A stretch of 31,920 bases of DNA from a virus. Taxonomy: Duplodnaviria; Caudoviricetes. Shown piece after piece: positions 1 through 9,139 of the stretch (the stretch's first letter is position 1; every line of letters starts with the position of its first letter). The notes under the pieces are model-generated. The model saw nothing but the letters and a program-made list of their open reading frames with translations, had not been told where the DNA came from and ran no database searches. A program made the position numbers and the translations under genes. The stretch lies in the IMG/VR virus record IMGVR_UViG_3300006928_000042, positions 1 to 31,920 of that record; one strand, given 5' to 3'.

Positions 1-488
1 CAGTACAATGTATCTAATACAGATATATCTGTTATTGTAACTTCAAACTTTGTAATAAACTTATCTGTGTTAGATTCATCATTGTTGTAATCAGTAAATG
101 ATTTGTAAAAATCATCATACATATTATTACCATCACTACCCCAAGATTGTGCAGATTTGTTTTCTGTTTCTTCTGTACTATCTGAATAATAATATTTAAC
201 AGAATAAGAATTATTTACTGCACCTACTAAAAATCCTACTTCATATACATCTTCTGCAAATTCAAAGACATAAGTACCACTTTGTATAGCTAATGAACAA
301 CCTGTAGTTCCATACCTGCCTTGTTCATTACAATAAATATATGCAGCTTGATTACCACCACTAATAGTTAAACCTGATTGATAAGTATTATCACTAAAAT
401 CTTCTTGAACTGTAACTTCGCCAGGTACTTCTTCTGCGAATACAGGAGTAGGTATTAATAAAAATAATGCCAGGAGAATCCTAAACAT
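1..488 (-). CDS. Secreted/exported protein, runs off the window edge (N-terminal ~162 aa visible)
   Basis: Manual translation from ATG at 488: MFRILLALFLLIPTPVFA|EEVPGEVTVQEDFSDN..., open to base 1. Sec-type signal peptide; TAATG overlap with the upstream gene. Absent from the ORF track because its stop is outside the window. Confidence 0.8.
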   Translation of the reverse strand, partial: MFRILLALFLLIPTPVFAEEVPGEVTVQEDFSDNTYQSGLTISGGNQAAYIYCNEQGRYGTTGCSLAIQSGTYVFEFAEDVYEVGFLVGAVNNSYSVKYYYSDSTEETENKSAQSWGSDGNNMYDDFYKSFTDYNNDESNTDKFITKFEVTITDISVLDTLY

Positions 489-655
489 TACATTACAATT
501 GCAGCAACAACTCCACCTAATGCTACGAATAGCGTTAATACTTTATAAAACTCTGCTTTATCTAGTTTTGCATCTAGCTTTTCTTCTAATCTATCAAGTC
601 GTTCAATGACCATGTTAAGTAATTCTTTCTGTGTGTAGCCATTGTTGTGTGTCAT
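488..655 (-). CDS. 55-aa coiled-coil protein with C-terminal transmembrane helix (holin-like/lysis accessory candidate)
   Basis: Manual translation MTHNNGYTQKELLNMVIERLDRLEEKLDAKLDKAEFYKVLTLFVALGGVVAAIVM; abuts both neighbours. Confidence 0.7.
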   Translation of the reverse strand: MTHNNGYTQKELLNMVIERLDRLEEKLDAKLDKAEFYKVLTLFVALGGVVAAIVM

Positions 656-805
656 TTATGGTAAGTCATCTTTCTTAAGTGAAATCCAATCCCAATCTTC
701 GTTAAGATACAGATCGTTCTTAAAATTACTTTCACTTATTTTTTTTAGATATGTAAAAATTATTTTTAAAAAATAACCTATTAAAAATCCTGTTATAAAA
801 TCCAT
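656..805 (-). CDS. 49-aa small membrane protein
   Basis: MDFITGFLIGYFLKIIFTYLKKISESNFKNDLYLNEDWDWISLKKDDLP; hydrophobic N-terminus; ATG lies 7 nt after TGaTATAAT (leaderless geometry). Confidence 0.65.
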   Translation of the reverse strand: MDFITGFLIGYFLKIIFTYLKKISESNFKNDLYLNEDWDWISLKKDDLP

Positions 806-812
806 AACAAGA

Positions 813-821
813 ATTATATCA
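813..821 (-). promoter_or_regulatory. Extended -10 promoter, probably leaderless
   Basis: Minus strand GTATGaTATAAT-tcttgtt-ATG; no Shine-Dalgarno. Confidence 0.55.
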
Positions 822-828
822 TACTAAA

Positions 829-1131
829 TTATTCAGGTTTTGGATTATCAGCTTTAACTTTAGCTACGTGATCTTTCCATGTAGTAGTATCATTTAAAAT
901 GTCTTTATACTGCATGTCTAATTGATCTCCAATAAAACCATACGCTTCTTGTCTAGCTTCTATATAACCAAATTGTTGAGTATTCCATTTTCTATTAGCC
1001 AAGTCTGTTACAGCTTGTGCATAATCAGTATCAGTATATTCAAGTTTTTCGTTATTAACTAGCTTGTACATTGGCTTAGCAGCTTCTATTTCTGCTGTAG
1101 CTTCAGTTGTTAGTTTTTCTTTTGTTGCCAT
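829..1131 (-). CDS. Tail fibre assembly chaperone-like protein
   Basis: C-terminal R..AY..IGDQLDM.YKD.....W.D.V..VKA..PKP motif typical of small proteins following fibre genes; AGGAGAG RBS. Confidence 0.65.
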   Translation of the reverse strand: MATKEKLTTEATAEIEAAKPMYKLVNNEKLEYTDTDYAQAVTDLANRKWNTQQFGYIEARQEAYGFIGDQLDMQYKDILNDTTTWKDHVAKVKADNPKPE

Positions 1132-1151
1132 ATCTCTCCTATGTTAGCACA

Positions 1152-1682
1152 TTAATTATTAATTTTATACAATGTGATGGTTCCACCAGTAATTGTAGTA
1201 GAATCTCCTGTGATTACTATTCCATTATGAGCTTCTGCAACTCCATATTGCATAGCCCCTTGTGAGCCATGAGCAGTAGATGAAGTTGAATTAAAAACAT
1301 TATCTTCTATAGTTATGTAACTATATTGGCTTGAATTATTAAAATTAAATAAATAATAAACAAAACTACTACTTTCTCCTGCTGAAGCACCTATTGGACT
1401 GTTAGCAAAATACATTTCTGTTCTACTTGGATATGCGAAATTTTCGAAAGCACCATCTGGTTTTAAAATTAAATTAGCAAAATCATACTGTGCAGCAGTT
1501 TGTGGTTGTGATGCACCGCTAACAACTTTAGTAAATCTAGTATGTAGATAAGCAGTGTCTGTGTTAATAGTAATACCTTTACCTACTAACATATACACAT
1601 GATCAGTTGTAACACCATCCATGATTACTGAAGATACAGCACTTGTTACTGTTGTTGATTTTACTTGTTCTATAGCTTCCAT
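1152..1682 (-). CDS. Tail fibre/receptor-binding beta-sandwich protein (paralogue 3)
   Basis: 176 aa; shares pattern with two upstream ORFs, ending GTITLYKI. Confidence 0.6.
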   Translation of the reverse strand: MEAIEQVKSTTVTSAVSSVIMDGVTTDHVYMLVGKGITINTDTAYLHTRFTKVVSGASQPQTAAQYDFANLILKPDGAFENFAYPSRTEMYFANSPIGASAGESSSFVYYLFNFNNSSQYSYITIEDNVFNSTSSTAHGSQGAMQYGVAEAHNGIVITGDSTTITGGTITLYKINN

Positions 1683-2188
1683 TATGTTGCTTTAACTCCA
1701 TATACTCTTGCTCTAATATTTAATATAGTAGCAGAGCTAAGAAAATTAATTCCTGTATGACTTTCAGCAACTCTTAAAAGTCCAATAGCTTTTCTTGCAG
1801 GAGTTCCAATACTTGATACACCTGCATTTTGCCAATTTGCTGCAGTGTAAAGACTTGAATTAAAAGGATTATATATATCTATAACAGTTGCACCACCTTT
1901 ATTAGATAAATCACTAAAACCTATTTGACCAAATTCTGTTCCTGACAATGTTTTGTTTTCTCCAAAGACACCATAACTTCTCATAAGTAATACTGCATCA
2001 TCGTAATGTGAACTAGATACAACTCCACTTGCATTCATAAGTCTGAAATTTAAACCACCATTAGCAAAGTCAATAGTATCTAAAATAACTTTATAAGCAT
2101 CATAATCAGCACTAAAACAATTTGTAATACTTACATTACTTACAGAAGTTGCAGTTTTTGTTTCAATTAATTCTAAAATAGTTGACAT
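1682..2188 (-). CDS. Tail fibre/receptor-binding beta-sandwich protein (paralogue 2)
   Basis: 168 aa; LELIETKTA...F..DYDAYKV...IYNPFNSS...ARVYGV pattern shared with neighbours. Confidence 0.6.
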   Translation of the reverse strand: MSTILELIETKTATSVSNVSITNCFSADYDAYKVILDTIDFANGGLNFRLMNASGVVSSSHYDDAVLLMRSYGVFGENKTLSGTEFGQIGFSDLSNKGGATVIDIYNPFNSSLYTAANWQNAGVSSIGTPARKAIGLLRVAESHTGINFLSSATILNIRARVYGVKAT

Positions 2189-2191
2189 AAT

Positions 2192-2743
2192 TTATTCCTC
2201 CACACCATAAAGAGAAACACTACCTGCAGTAAAATTACCACCACTATCATTTAAAATTCTTACAGCATTTATTGTTTCTGCAACATTATAAACCTGTCCT
2301 CCAAAATACATGAAGATACTTCCAATAGTGCTATGGTGAGTTATCATACTAAATTTAGAACTGTCACCTAAATTGTATAAATAAACATAACCACTCATAG
2401 GAGTACCTGCATTAGCAAAAGCCAAAGACCTAAATCTATCTGTACCTGTACTAATACTCGGACCAAAACTTCCATTGTGTCCTCCATATTGTACTCCTCT
2501 TTCATAAGCTGTTCCTGCTTCAAAATTACTTCCACCATCATTAGATAATCTCATCTGTGTATAATCTGAATTAGTACCTGTTTTTAAATTAGTATAAGTA
2601 AGAAAGTGTACATTATAAGAACCAAGGGAATCAAAATCTACATTTGATTTACCACTTGCACTTTCTGTTTCAAGCAATGTTAATCCACCTGCTGCACCAC
2701 CACCTGCAGTAATTAATGCTCTAGCTACACCTAGTGGAGCCAT
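2192..2743 (-). CDS. Tail fibre/receptor-binding protein (paralogue 1) with Gly/Ala N-terminal anchor
   Basis: 183 aa; MAPLGVARALITAGGGAAGG followed by LTLLETESA...YLYNLGDSS...GSVSLYGV. Confidence 0.6.
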   Translation of the reverse strand: MAPLGVARALITAGGGAAGGLTLLETESASGKSNVDFDSLGSYNVHFLTYTNLKTGTNSDYTQMRLSNDGGSNFEAGTAYERGVQYGGHNGSFGPSISTGTDRFRSLAFANAGTPMSGYVYLYNLGDSSKFSMITHHSTIGSIFMYFGGQVYNVAETINAVRILNDSGGNFTAGSVSLYGVEE

Positions 2744-3762
2744 TATGCAAACGCTAGTTGTGGGACTATAAAAACTGTAGTACTTGCATCTTTAAATATA
2801 AAAGTCACAATGTCTATTGAAGCTGCTGCGGTACTTAATGTTAATCCTGCACCACCTGCTGTTTTACCTGCAGTTTCAGCTTGACCATTTACAGTTGTTT
2901 TGTTGATAGCCATAGTCCTAGAACCTGTACCATCTTGTGTAACAATCAAAGTAAATGTTGATATACCTGCGGCAGGTACATTTAAAAAATCTATATCTGT
3001 AACAGAGTGTGCTAGTGTAACTGAACCTGTATTACCATTAGCTAAATCAATAGATAATGCTGCTGCTGATGTAACATCTTGATCTGTTTCAGCATAGTCT
3101 TTTAATACTGCTGCTGATATTGTTTGGTCGCCACCTGTTACAGCACCTGATAAAGTTACAGCACCTAAAGTTTTATTTGTAAGAGTGTCTGTGGAGCTTT
3201 CTGTTACTACTGTTGAATCTATATTTAATACACCAGATGATGCTGTTAAACCTGTTCCATCTATTGCATCTACAAAATCTGCAATAGTTTCTCTTTTAGT
3301 AATATTGTTTCCGTCTGCATCTCTAAAGAATATTGAGTCAGCAGCAACGTTTACTGCTGCGTCTGTTACATTAAATACTACTTCTCCTGCTTGTGCGCTA
3401 CTCCAGGTGCCATCTATAACTTTACCTACAGCATCCCAAATATCTTCAAACATTTGTGCCATAGGAGAAACACGTACCTTTGTACCAGAAGCATGAGATA
3501 AACCTGATCCAGCAGCAGATCCTGTTAGGTATCTGTTGTCAACTGTAGACATAGCTGCTGATGATGCATTAATTGTTCCGTCAATAAAAATATATTCTCT
3601 TGATGTAGAACTATCTGGATCAATTACCAAATATATTGGTGAAGTTAAACCTGTTGTTGAAGTTAAATTTAAAGTAGTGTCAGTTGCACCAAGTGTTCCT
3701 GACAATGTTGTTTCAAAAGCATTACGTAAATTAGTTTCTGCTGCTTTTCTTGTATCTGCCAT
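2743..3762 (-). CDS. Proximal tail fibre protein
   Basis: 339 aa, Thr/Ala/Gly-rich; TDTLTNKTL and DLANGN...QDGTGSRT...LTLSTAAASIDIVTF fibre-type motifs; follows the nozzle gene. Confidence 0.7.
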   Translation of the reverse strand: MADTRKAAETNLRNAFETTLSGTLGATDTTLNLTSTTGLTSPIYLVIDPDSSTSREYIFIDGTINASSAAMSTVDNRYLTGSAAGSGLSHASGTKVRVSPMAQMFEDIWDAVGKVIDGTWSSAQAGEVVFNVTDAAVNVAADSIFFRDADGNNITKRETIADFVDAIDGTGLTASSGVLNIDSTVVTESSTDTLTNKTLGAVTLSGAVTGGDQTISAAVLKDYAETDQDVTSAAALSIDLANGNTGSVTLAHSVTDIDFLNVPAAGISTFTLIVTQDGTGSRTMAINKTTVNGQAETAGKTAGGAGLTLSTAAASIDIVTFIFKDASTTVFIVPQLAFA

Positions 3763-3815
3763 ATTTTATCTTTCTATAGCACCACCTCTATCTATACTTA
3801 TATCCTTTCTTGTAC

Positions 3816-3824
3816 ATTATATCA
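3816..3824 (-). promoter_or_regulatory. Extended -10 promoter candidate for fibre genes
   Basis: Minus strand TGaTATAAT overlapping the stop codon of the 658-aa gene. Confidence 0.4.
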
Positions 3825-5798
3825 AGTACCAAATTCGTATATACCTAAATTACCAACTCCGAGAGCGCTAAGAGAAGTTATTTCTGAAGTATCACTTTCT
3901 TGTAATTGACCTCTAACAGTAACAAAACAAAATACCATAGTAGAACCTTGTTTAGATATTTCTGATACTGGTAATGTAACATTCTCTACAATTCCTCTTA
4001 CAGTTTCTTCTGGTCTAAATACGTTTAACGTTACAGATTTACCCTCTAGTTTTTGTATTTGATTAAATATTTTTTGTCCAATGCCTGGTATATTTTTTGC
4101 AAGTTTACCTGGTCTTTCAATTCTATCTGAAACATTTATTGGTAACTTAACTATAACGTCCTCTGGTTCTGGGAATGCACGAACAGAAAAAGAATAAACA
4201 TACGGAGAGTATATTCCACCACTACCTGATTTAATAACTATTTTAGTTACTAACCATCTTGATAATACATTTACTAATGGGACCTCATCACCATTACCTT
4301 TAATTTGTATATTCTCTATATTTATCCAACCTGAACTTGATGCATCAGACATATCTTCTAGCTCTGTAGAATAAAATGTATTTACTTCTGATCCACCTGT
4401 CATAGTATTTGTATATACTCTTGAACCTATCCATTGTTTTGCAGATGCTGTATAAAAATCTCCTGCTGATAATATTACGTAACCATCATCAACGTAAGTT
4501 GTAGTATCTTCTTTAACTACACCAATATCTTTTAAAGTAAAAAATAATATATCGTTAGCAATAGCAATACCTTGACATTCTTTGCTAGCACTACTGTAAT
4601 ATATATTCCTAGCTATACCTAATGTAGGTAGGAATACAGACCACAAATGTGTTTCATTAGCATCTTCAATAACTGACATGTATATTTGTTCTCTTGTTTT
4701 TATAAACTTTAAAGGACCTCTATCAACAGTTGTAGAGTCATCTCCCCATTCTTTCATAACTTGTTTGTTGCTTACAATATATAAATTGTCTGCTGCAACA
4801 ACTTGAGCCATATACAATCTTCCTATGTAACCATTTGTTTGTTGATTTTTTTGTTTAGAACCTACAAAAACAATACCGTTAGATTCGATAATGTCAGTTA
4901 ATTCTTCTCCCTCAAAAAATGTTTGACCTTTAATAGTTAAACCAGAATCATCTTTTATAGAATAAACATAACCATTACTTGCTGCTGCTAATATTACAGC
5001 TCCTGCATCTGTCATGCCTACCCACTCTGTATTGTCAGGTAAATCTTTTACAATAGATGGCGCACCTGAACCTGATGCTACATTTAATAAATTACCATTA
5101 GATCCATCTACACCAAATATAAAATCTTTTACAGCAAATACATCTGTGTAATGTTTACTATTTGTATTCCAATCAGACCATGTTGTAGTAGATACATCAT
5201 ATTTACGAATAGTTCCATCAGTACCATCACTCATAGCAACATATAAATCTCCACCATAAATTGCAATACCTCTTACTGTACGTGATAGATTACTAGAGTC
5301 AGGTGTAAGTTCTGTCCAGTTAGTTCCATTGTCTGTAGATTGATATATTTTATTACCATCTCCTACATACAAAGTATTACTACTAGAAACTAATACTTGA
5401 TTTGTTGCATTGTCGCTTCTAGCTAAAGTAGTTCTATGTAACAATTCAACTTTATATTGCGTACCTTTTTCACCTGCATATTTAAATACATCTACACCTT
5501 TGCTATCAAAAAATCTTTTGTAATCATTTTTTCCTTGTGTTCTCTGGTGTGCCTGGTCTAATCCTTGTCCACCAGAAAAATCTGATCTACCATAACTTTG
5601 ACCAAACTCTGATCTAAATTCTTCTGGAGTTTGTGAAGTGTTTATTTGTTGAGCAGCTAATGGTGCAGTTGTTAAAGTAAATTCCCTACCTGGTGCAGTT
5701 GCTAATCGTAATAATACATCTGTAATCCCATCACTAATAGATGCTTCGTAACCCCATGCTAAAGGTCGAGAAACTTCTCCACTTGTAGGTACTGGCAT
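3822..5798 (-). CDS. Tail nozzle/stabilisation protein (beta-propeller; analogue of P22 gp10/T7 gp12)
   Basis: 658 aa; repeating beta strands, Asp-box-like YQSTDNGTNW, N-terminal DFSGGQG motif; directly after the adaptor. Confidence 0.65.
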   Translation of the reverse strand: MPVPTSGEVSRPLAWGYEASISDGITDVLLRLATAPGREFTLTTAPLAAQQINTSQTPEEFRSEFGQSYGRSDFSGGQGLDQAHQRTQGKNDYKRFFDSKGVDVFKYAGEKGTQYKVELLHRTTLARSDNATNQVLVSSSNTLYVGDGNKIYQSTDNGTNWTELTPDSSNLSRTVRGIAIYGGDLYVAMSDGTDGTIRKYDVSTTTWSDWNTNSKHYTDVFAVKDFIFGVDGSNGNLLNVASGSGAPSIVKDLPDNTEWVGMTDAGAVILAAASNGYVYSIKDDSGLTIKGQTFFEGEELTDIIESNGIVFVGSKQKNQQTNGYIGRLYMAQVVAADNLYIVSNKQVMKEWGDDSTTVDRGPLKFIKTREQIYMSVIEDANETHLWSVFLPTLGIARNIYYSSASKECQGIAIANDILFFTLKDIGVVKEDTTTYVDDGYVILSAGDFYTASAKQWIGSRVYTNTMTGGSEVNTFYSTELEDMSDASSSGWINIENIQIKGNGDEVPLVNVLSRWLVTKIVIKSGSGGIYSPYVYSFSVRAFPEPEDVIVKLPINVSDRIERPGKLAKNIPGIGQKIFNQIQKLEGKSVTLNVFRPEETVRGIVENVTLPVSEISKQGSTMVFCFVTVRGQLQESDTSEITSLSALGVGNLGIYEFGT

Positions 5799-6718
5799 TA
5801 TCCTGTAAAACTAATGCCGTATAAATCAACACCAGCAGGAAACCTGGTACGTTGTTCTCTTCTAGCTCTGTCTAATAGCACTCCATAATACCTAAGTAAT
5901 GCATTTCTAATTCTTTCACCAGAACCTAGTGGCACTCCTCTTGTCTCTAAACTTTCTGTAATAAAATTTTGTGTAGTAGTATCTACATCTAATTCAGACA
6001 ACATTTGTGCAACAGCGCCAACCATAACTATCTGTTCATGAAATTCATCTAATCCACTAACAGTATTTAAATCATTTGCTTCTGATGTCGGTCTTGTAAA
6101 TTGTGCTGCGTATACAACATAAACACTTTTACCACTTGTTGGACCAGTTGGAAATTGAACAGCAACATTAGTAGAGCTAGGTGTAAAATCAGTAAGTAAC
6201 TCTAATGATATGTCTGCGTAAGTAGTTGTAGAACTTGTAGAATTATTTATTCTTGCTTTTAATATTCTTTTAGTATCTGCTGGTGCCTCTGCATATTGTG
6301 TTGAAGTTGTTGTCAATGTAGTAGTCTTAACTGCATACAATGCAGGATATAAACCTATAATTTGATCTCCTATAGCATTAGCTACGTTCATTCTTGGATA
6401 ACGTGGTTTTAATATAATATCAGCATTTGTACTATGAGAGTCAATAGTTGATCCTAATCTTGCACGTTCTACAGTTATAGTTCTTGTTACTGTATTAATA
6501 TCTTCCACCATCATTAACTCTTGACCTATTTCTAATATAGATCCAGAACCAATTAAATCTTCTTCTTCTGGTGTCCATAAATTATCTACATAAGTGATTG
6601 TTGTTGTAGATGCAGAGTTATCTATACCTGAAGCTAATTGAGATAAAGGTTCCTGCTCTTCTACAGGACGTAAATATTCCCTATATGTTCTATCTATTAA
6701 TTGAGCAAGCGTTGACAT
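5798..6718 (-). CDS. Head-tail adaptor (tail tubular A-like) with inserted beta domain
   Basis: 306 aa; helical N-terminus MSTLAQLIDR and C-terminal FHEQIVMVGAVAQML...RARRE; lies between capsid and nozzle genes. Confidence 0.6.
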   Translation of the reverse strand: MSTLAQLIDRTYREYLRPVEEQEPLSQLASGIDNSASTTTITYVDNLWTPEEEDLIGSGSILEIGQELMMVEDINTVTRTITVERARLGSTIDSHSTNADIILKPRYPRMNVANAIGDQIIGLYPALYAVKTTTLTTTSTQYAEAPADTKRILKARINNSTSSTTTYADISLELLTDFTPSSTNVAVQFPTGPTSGKSVYVVYAAQFTRPTSEANDLNTVSGLDEFHEQIVMVGAVAQMLSELDVDTTTQNFITESLETRGVPLGSGERIRNALLRYYGVLLDRARREQRTRFPAGVDLYGISFTG

Positions 6719-6846
6719 TATTTAGGTTTCCTTTTATATAATTTTTTAGAATTTTTTGTATGTTTAGAACCTGTGTGTATAGTACCATTTTTCATTGTAT
6801 GATATTTACCTTTGTAAAGTTTTCCTGATTTTAAATAATAAGGCAT
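6718..6846 (-). CDS. 42-aa basic His/Lys-rich small protein
   Basis: MPYYLKSGKLYKGKYHTMKNGTIHTGSKHTKNSKKLYKRKPK; TAATG overlaps at both ends. Confidence 0.7.
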   Translation of the reverse strand: MPYYLKSGKLYKGKYHTMKNGTIHTGSKHTKNSKKLYKRKPK

Positions 6847-6995
6847 TATTTTTTATTTTTTCTTTTTTTCTTTTTAGGAAAACCTGCTTTCATATTTGCA
6901 TACGCTTTAGGTGAAATAGTAGATTTCTTTTTTGATCTACTTGTTCCTGCTTTTTTTCTTTTATTTATGTTATGGTACAATCCTTTTTTTGCCAT
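6846..6995 (-). CDS. 49-aa very basic small protein (putative DNA-binding virion protein)
   Basis: MAKKGLYHNINKRKKAGTSRSKKKSTISPKAYANMKAGFPKKKKRKNKK; GGAGAA RBS. Confidence 0.75.
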   Translation of the reverse strand: MAKKGLYHNINKRKKAGTSRSKKKSTISPKAYANMKAGFPKKKKRKNKK

Positions 6996-7166
6996 TTATT
7001 CTCCAAACATTCCTACACCTGCAACTTGTATACCGAATCTTCCATCAAATATTTCATCAGCTTCAAATGAATCTGGAAATGATTTGACAAAACTATCGCT
7101 GATAATTGCAGCAGATTCTAAAAGTATAGAGGTCTTGCCCTCTTTAAGCATAAGTAGAATACCCAT
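6996..7166 (-). CDS. 56-aa small structural protein
   Basis: MGILLMLKEGKTSILLESAAIISDSFVKSFPDSFEADEIFDGRFGIQVAGVGMFGE; fills the gap between neighbours. Confidence 0.65.
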   Translation of the reverse strand: MGILLMLKEGKTSILLESAAIISDSFVKSFPDSFEADEIFDGRFGIQVAGVGMFGE

Positions 7167-7173
7167 AAGTAAC

Positions 7174-7506
7174 CTAGCTTGCTCTAAATATTAATACTAT
7201 TTTTCTTTCAGCACCCTCAGAACTACCCGATACTATTTGTAAGTAACCACCTGAAGCAAAAGCCCATCCTGATGGATCAATTCTTATTACGTCACCAGCG
7301 CTAACTGTGTAGCTTACTGCTGATCCGTCTGTTTCTTTTACATCTTTCCAACTTGAACCGTCAGTTGAAAACTTAAATGTTACGGTAGATCCTGTCATAG
7401 CTGATGGAAACAATATGCCTGACAACAACTGTGTATCAGTATCGACTGCATCACTTGCTGTTTGTCCATTTGCTATTGTTGCTAATTTTGTTACGTTTCT
7501 TGCCAT
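7174..7506 (-). CDS. Probable capsid decoration/minor structural protein
   Basis: 110 aa, all-beta pattern, immediately downstream of the major capsid gene. Confidence 0.55.
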   Translation of the reverse strand: MARNVTKLATIANGQTASDAVDTDTQLLSGILFPSAMTGSTVTFKFSTDGSSWKDVKETDGSAVSYTVSAGDVIRIDPSGWAFASGGYLQIVSGSSEGAERKIVLIFRAS

Positions 7507-7516
7507 ATTACTTTTT

Positions 7517-7525
7517 ATTCTAACA
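7517..7525 (-). promoter_or_regulatory. Extended -10 promoter candidate
   Basis: Minus strand GTATGtTAGAAT, 10 nt before the ATG at 7506; no SD. Confidence 0.45.
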
Positions 7526-7568
7526 TACTCACAAGACCGCTAAGGTGGTTTAACGGTCTTAGTGAGTA
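7526..7568 (-). terminator. Long hairpin after major capsid gene (terminator or mRNA-stabilising stem)
   Basis: Minus strand TACTCAC-t-AAGACCGTTAA-accacc-TTAGCGGTCTT-GTGAGTA, ~18 bp; its U.G wobble only forms on the minus strand; no U tract. Confidence 0.7.
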
Positions 7569-7579
7569 ATACTTGTAGC

Positions 7580-8620
7580 TTACGCTACGCCTTTAATTTC
7601 CCCGTGATACTGCTGTGGACCAAAGTCGAATCCCATTTCCATGTAGACTGCTTTAGCCATTCTTGCATAATCATCTTGGTCTATATCTCTTACGAACATT
7701 GTTCCAAATCCTGGAATATTCAAGAATACTGGTTTAACAAAAGCTAAGTCAACGATATACGCTTTGTTAGCTGGTAAGTAATCAGATAGAGCCATACCAA
7801 TAGTTCCGAATGGTGTTACGAGTGTATCGATATCGACACCTCCAACATTTCGATCTCTTGGTAAGATACCATAATTAGTAGAACCAGAAGCTGCTGTTCC
7901 CTTAAGTACTTCATTGTTTAGATCAAGTAATTGTGCTGGAGAACAGAATAATACTGGATTCTTCATTGGCGCACCTGCGGTGTACATAGTTTTCATCAAA
8001 TTAGTAACTGCTGACCAAGATAGTTTTTGGTTTGTACCTGTACCATCTCCGTCTGTGTCGTGATATTCCCAGTTACCCCCTGCGAGGTTAACATGAGCTG
8101 CTAATCCTCTCATTTGACGATTTTGTCCGCCTGTGGAGCCATCATTAAAAGTACCATTGAATGCTTGAAATTCAACTTTCTTAGCTATTGTTTCCAATAG
8201 TAAAGACATTTGATAAGCGAGTTCATCAGTTACCTGGTTAGTACCCTCTAGTGCTAATTTATCAATTCCGTTCTTGTAGTTTGCTGATAAATCAAACGGT
8301 ACAATTTCACCACTAGCTGCTTGAGCTGAGAAAGATATTTGTACTGCTTCATGGAAAATTTCCAATACACCTTGTACAGAAGATCTGGATTGACCTGAAT
8401 AGTTAGGTTGTCCGCCCTCTGCTCCTGGTGTAACTGAAGAAACAGTTACGTTATCTTGTGTTTGAAATTGGAAAAATGTTGAGTTAGTAACAATTCCACC
8501 ATTCAAACCGCCTGCTGCTGCTAATAGAGGTGTTCTTGTAGGTGTGATTTTAAACAGTTCACCAGTAAAGTTATCAACGTCACTAGCTACTATAGGATTT
8601 GCACCTGATATTGCTGCCAT
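7580..8620 (-). CDS. Major capsid protein (DUF5309/SU10-MCP-like)
   Basis: 346 aa; TPTRTPLL, RQMRGL and IDTLVTPFGTI motifs; AGGAAAGGA RBS; follows scaffold. Confidence 0.85.
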   Translation of the reverse strand: MAAISGANPIVASDVDNFTGELFKITPTRTPLLAAAGGLNGGIVTNSTFFQFQTQDNVTVSSVTPGAEGGQPNYSGQSRSSVQGVLEIFHEAVQISFSAQAASGEIVPFDLSANYKNGIDKLALEGTNQVTDELAYQMSLLLETIAKKVEFQAFNGTFNDGSTGGQNRQMRGLAAHVNLAGGNWEYHDTDGDGTGTNQKLSWSAVTNLMKTMYTAGAPMKNPVLFCSPAQLLDLNNEVLKGTAASGSTNYGILPRDRNVGGVDIDTLVTPFGTIGMALSDYLPANKAYIVDLAFVKPVFLNIPGFGTMFVRDIDQDDYARMAKAVYMEMGFDFGPQQYHGEIKGVA

Positions 8621-8664
8621 TTAAATCATTTCCTTTCCTCTAATTTACATTAGATATTAATTAT

Positions 8665-9120
8665 TTATTTTTTATCTTTTTTTAATCGCTCAGACATATA
8701 CATCTTCGCTCGTATAGCTTCCTCTGGAGTTCCTTTTTCGATAATTTCATTTAATAAAACTATTGGATCCTCTTCTCCTATAGGTGCAGAACTTTGTTGT
8801 ATTTCTTGAGACCTAGCATCTGCATCAAATATTTTATCTGCTGCTACAGAATCATTTAGATTCACATTTTGATCTGCTGTGATTCCATAATTTTCAGATA
8901 ACCATGATGACAATTCGGAAGAATCTAATTTACCACTATAAAGATCTGCTGCCATCTTTCCTGTTCCTTGTGTAGGATCAAGTCCTACCTCTTTAAACAA
9001 GTTAGTTTTAGCATATCCACGTAGTTCCTTATTTTCTTTTTCCAGGCGTTTAGTGTAATCTCTAAAAGATTCCTCGCCTTTTCCCTCTGCTATTTCTGTC
9101 TCCTTAACTTCTTCTGTCAT
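8665..9120 (-). CDS. Capsid scaffolding protein
   Basis: 151 aa, acidic, coiled-coil FRDYTKRLEKENKELR; immediately upstream of MCP. Confidence 0.7.
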   Translation of the reverse strand: MTEEVKETEIAEGKGEESFRDYTKRLEKENKELRGYAKTNLFKEVGLDPTQGTGKMAADLYSGKLDSSELSSWLSENYGITADQNVNLNDSVAADKIFDADARSQEIQQSSAPIGEEDPIVLLNEIIEKGTPEEAIRAKMYMSERLKKDKK

Positions 9121-9139
9121 ATCTATACCTTTTCTCTAC

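Noticed and set aside
1152-2743. Diversity-generating retroelement acting on the fibre paralogues
   Set aside because: No reverse transcriptase and no near-identical template/variable repeat pair seen.
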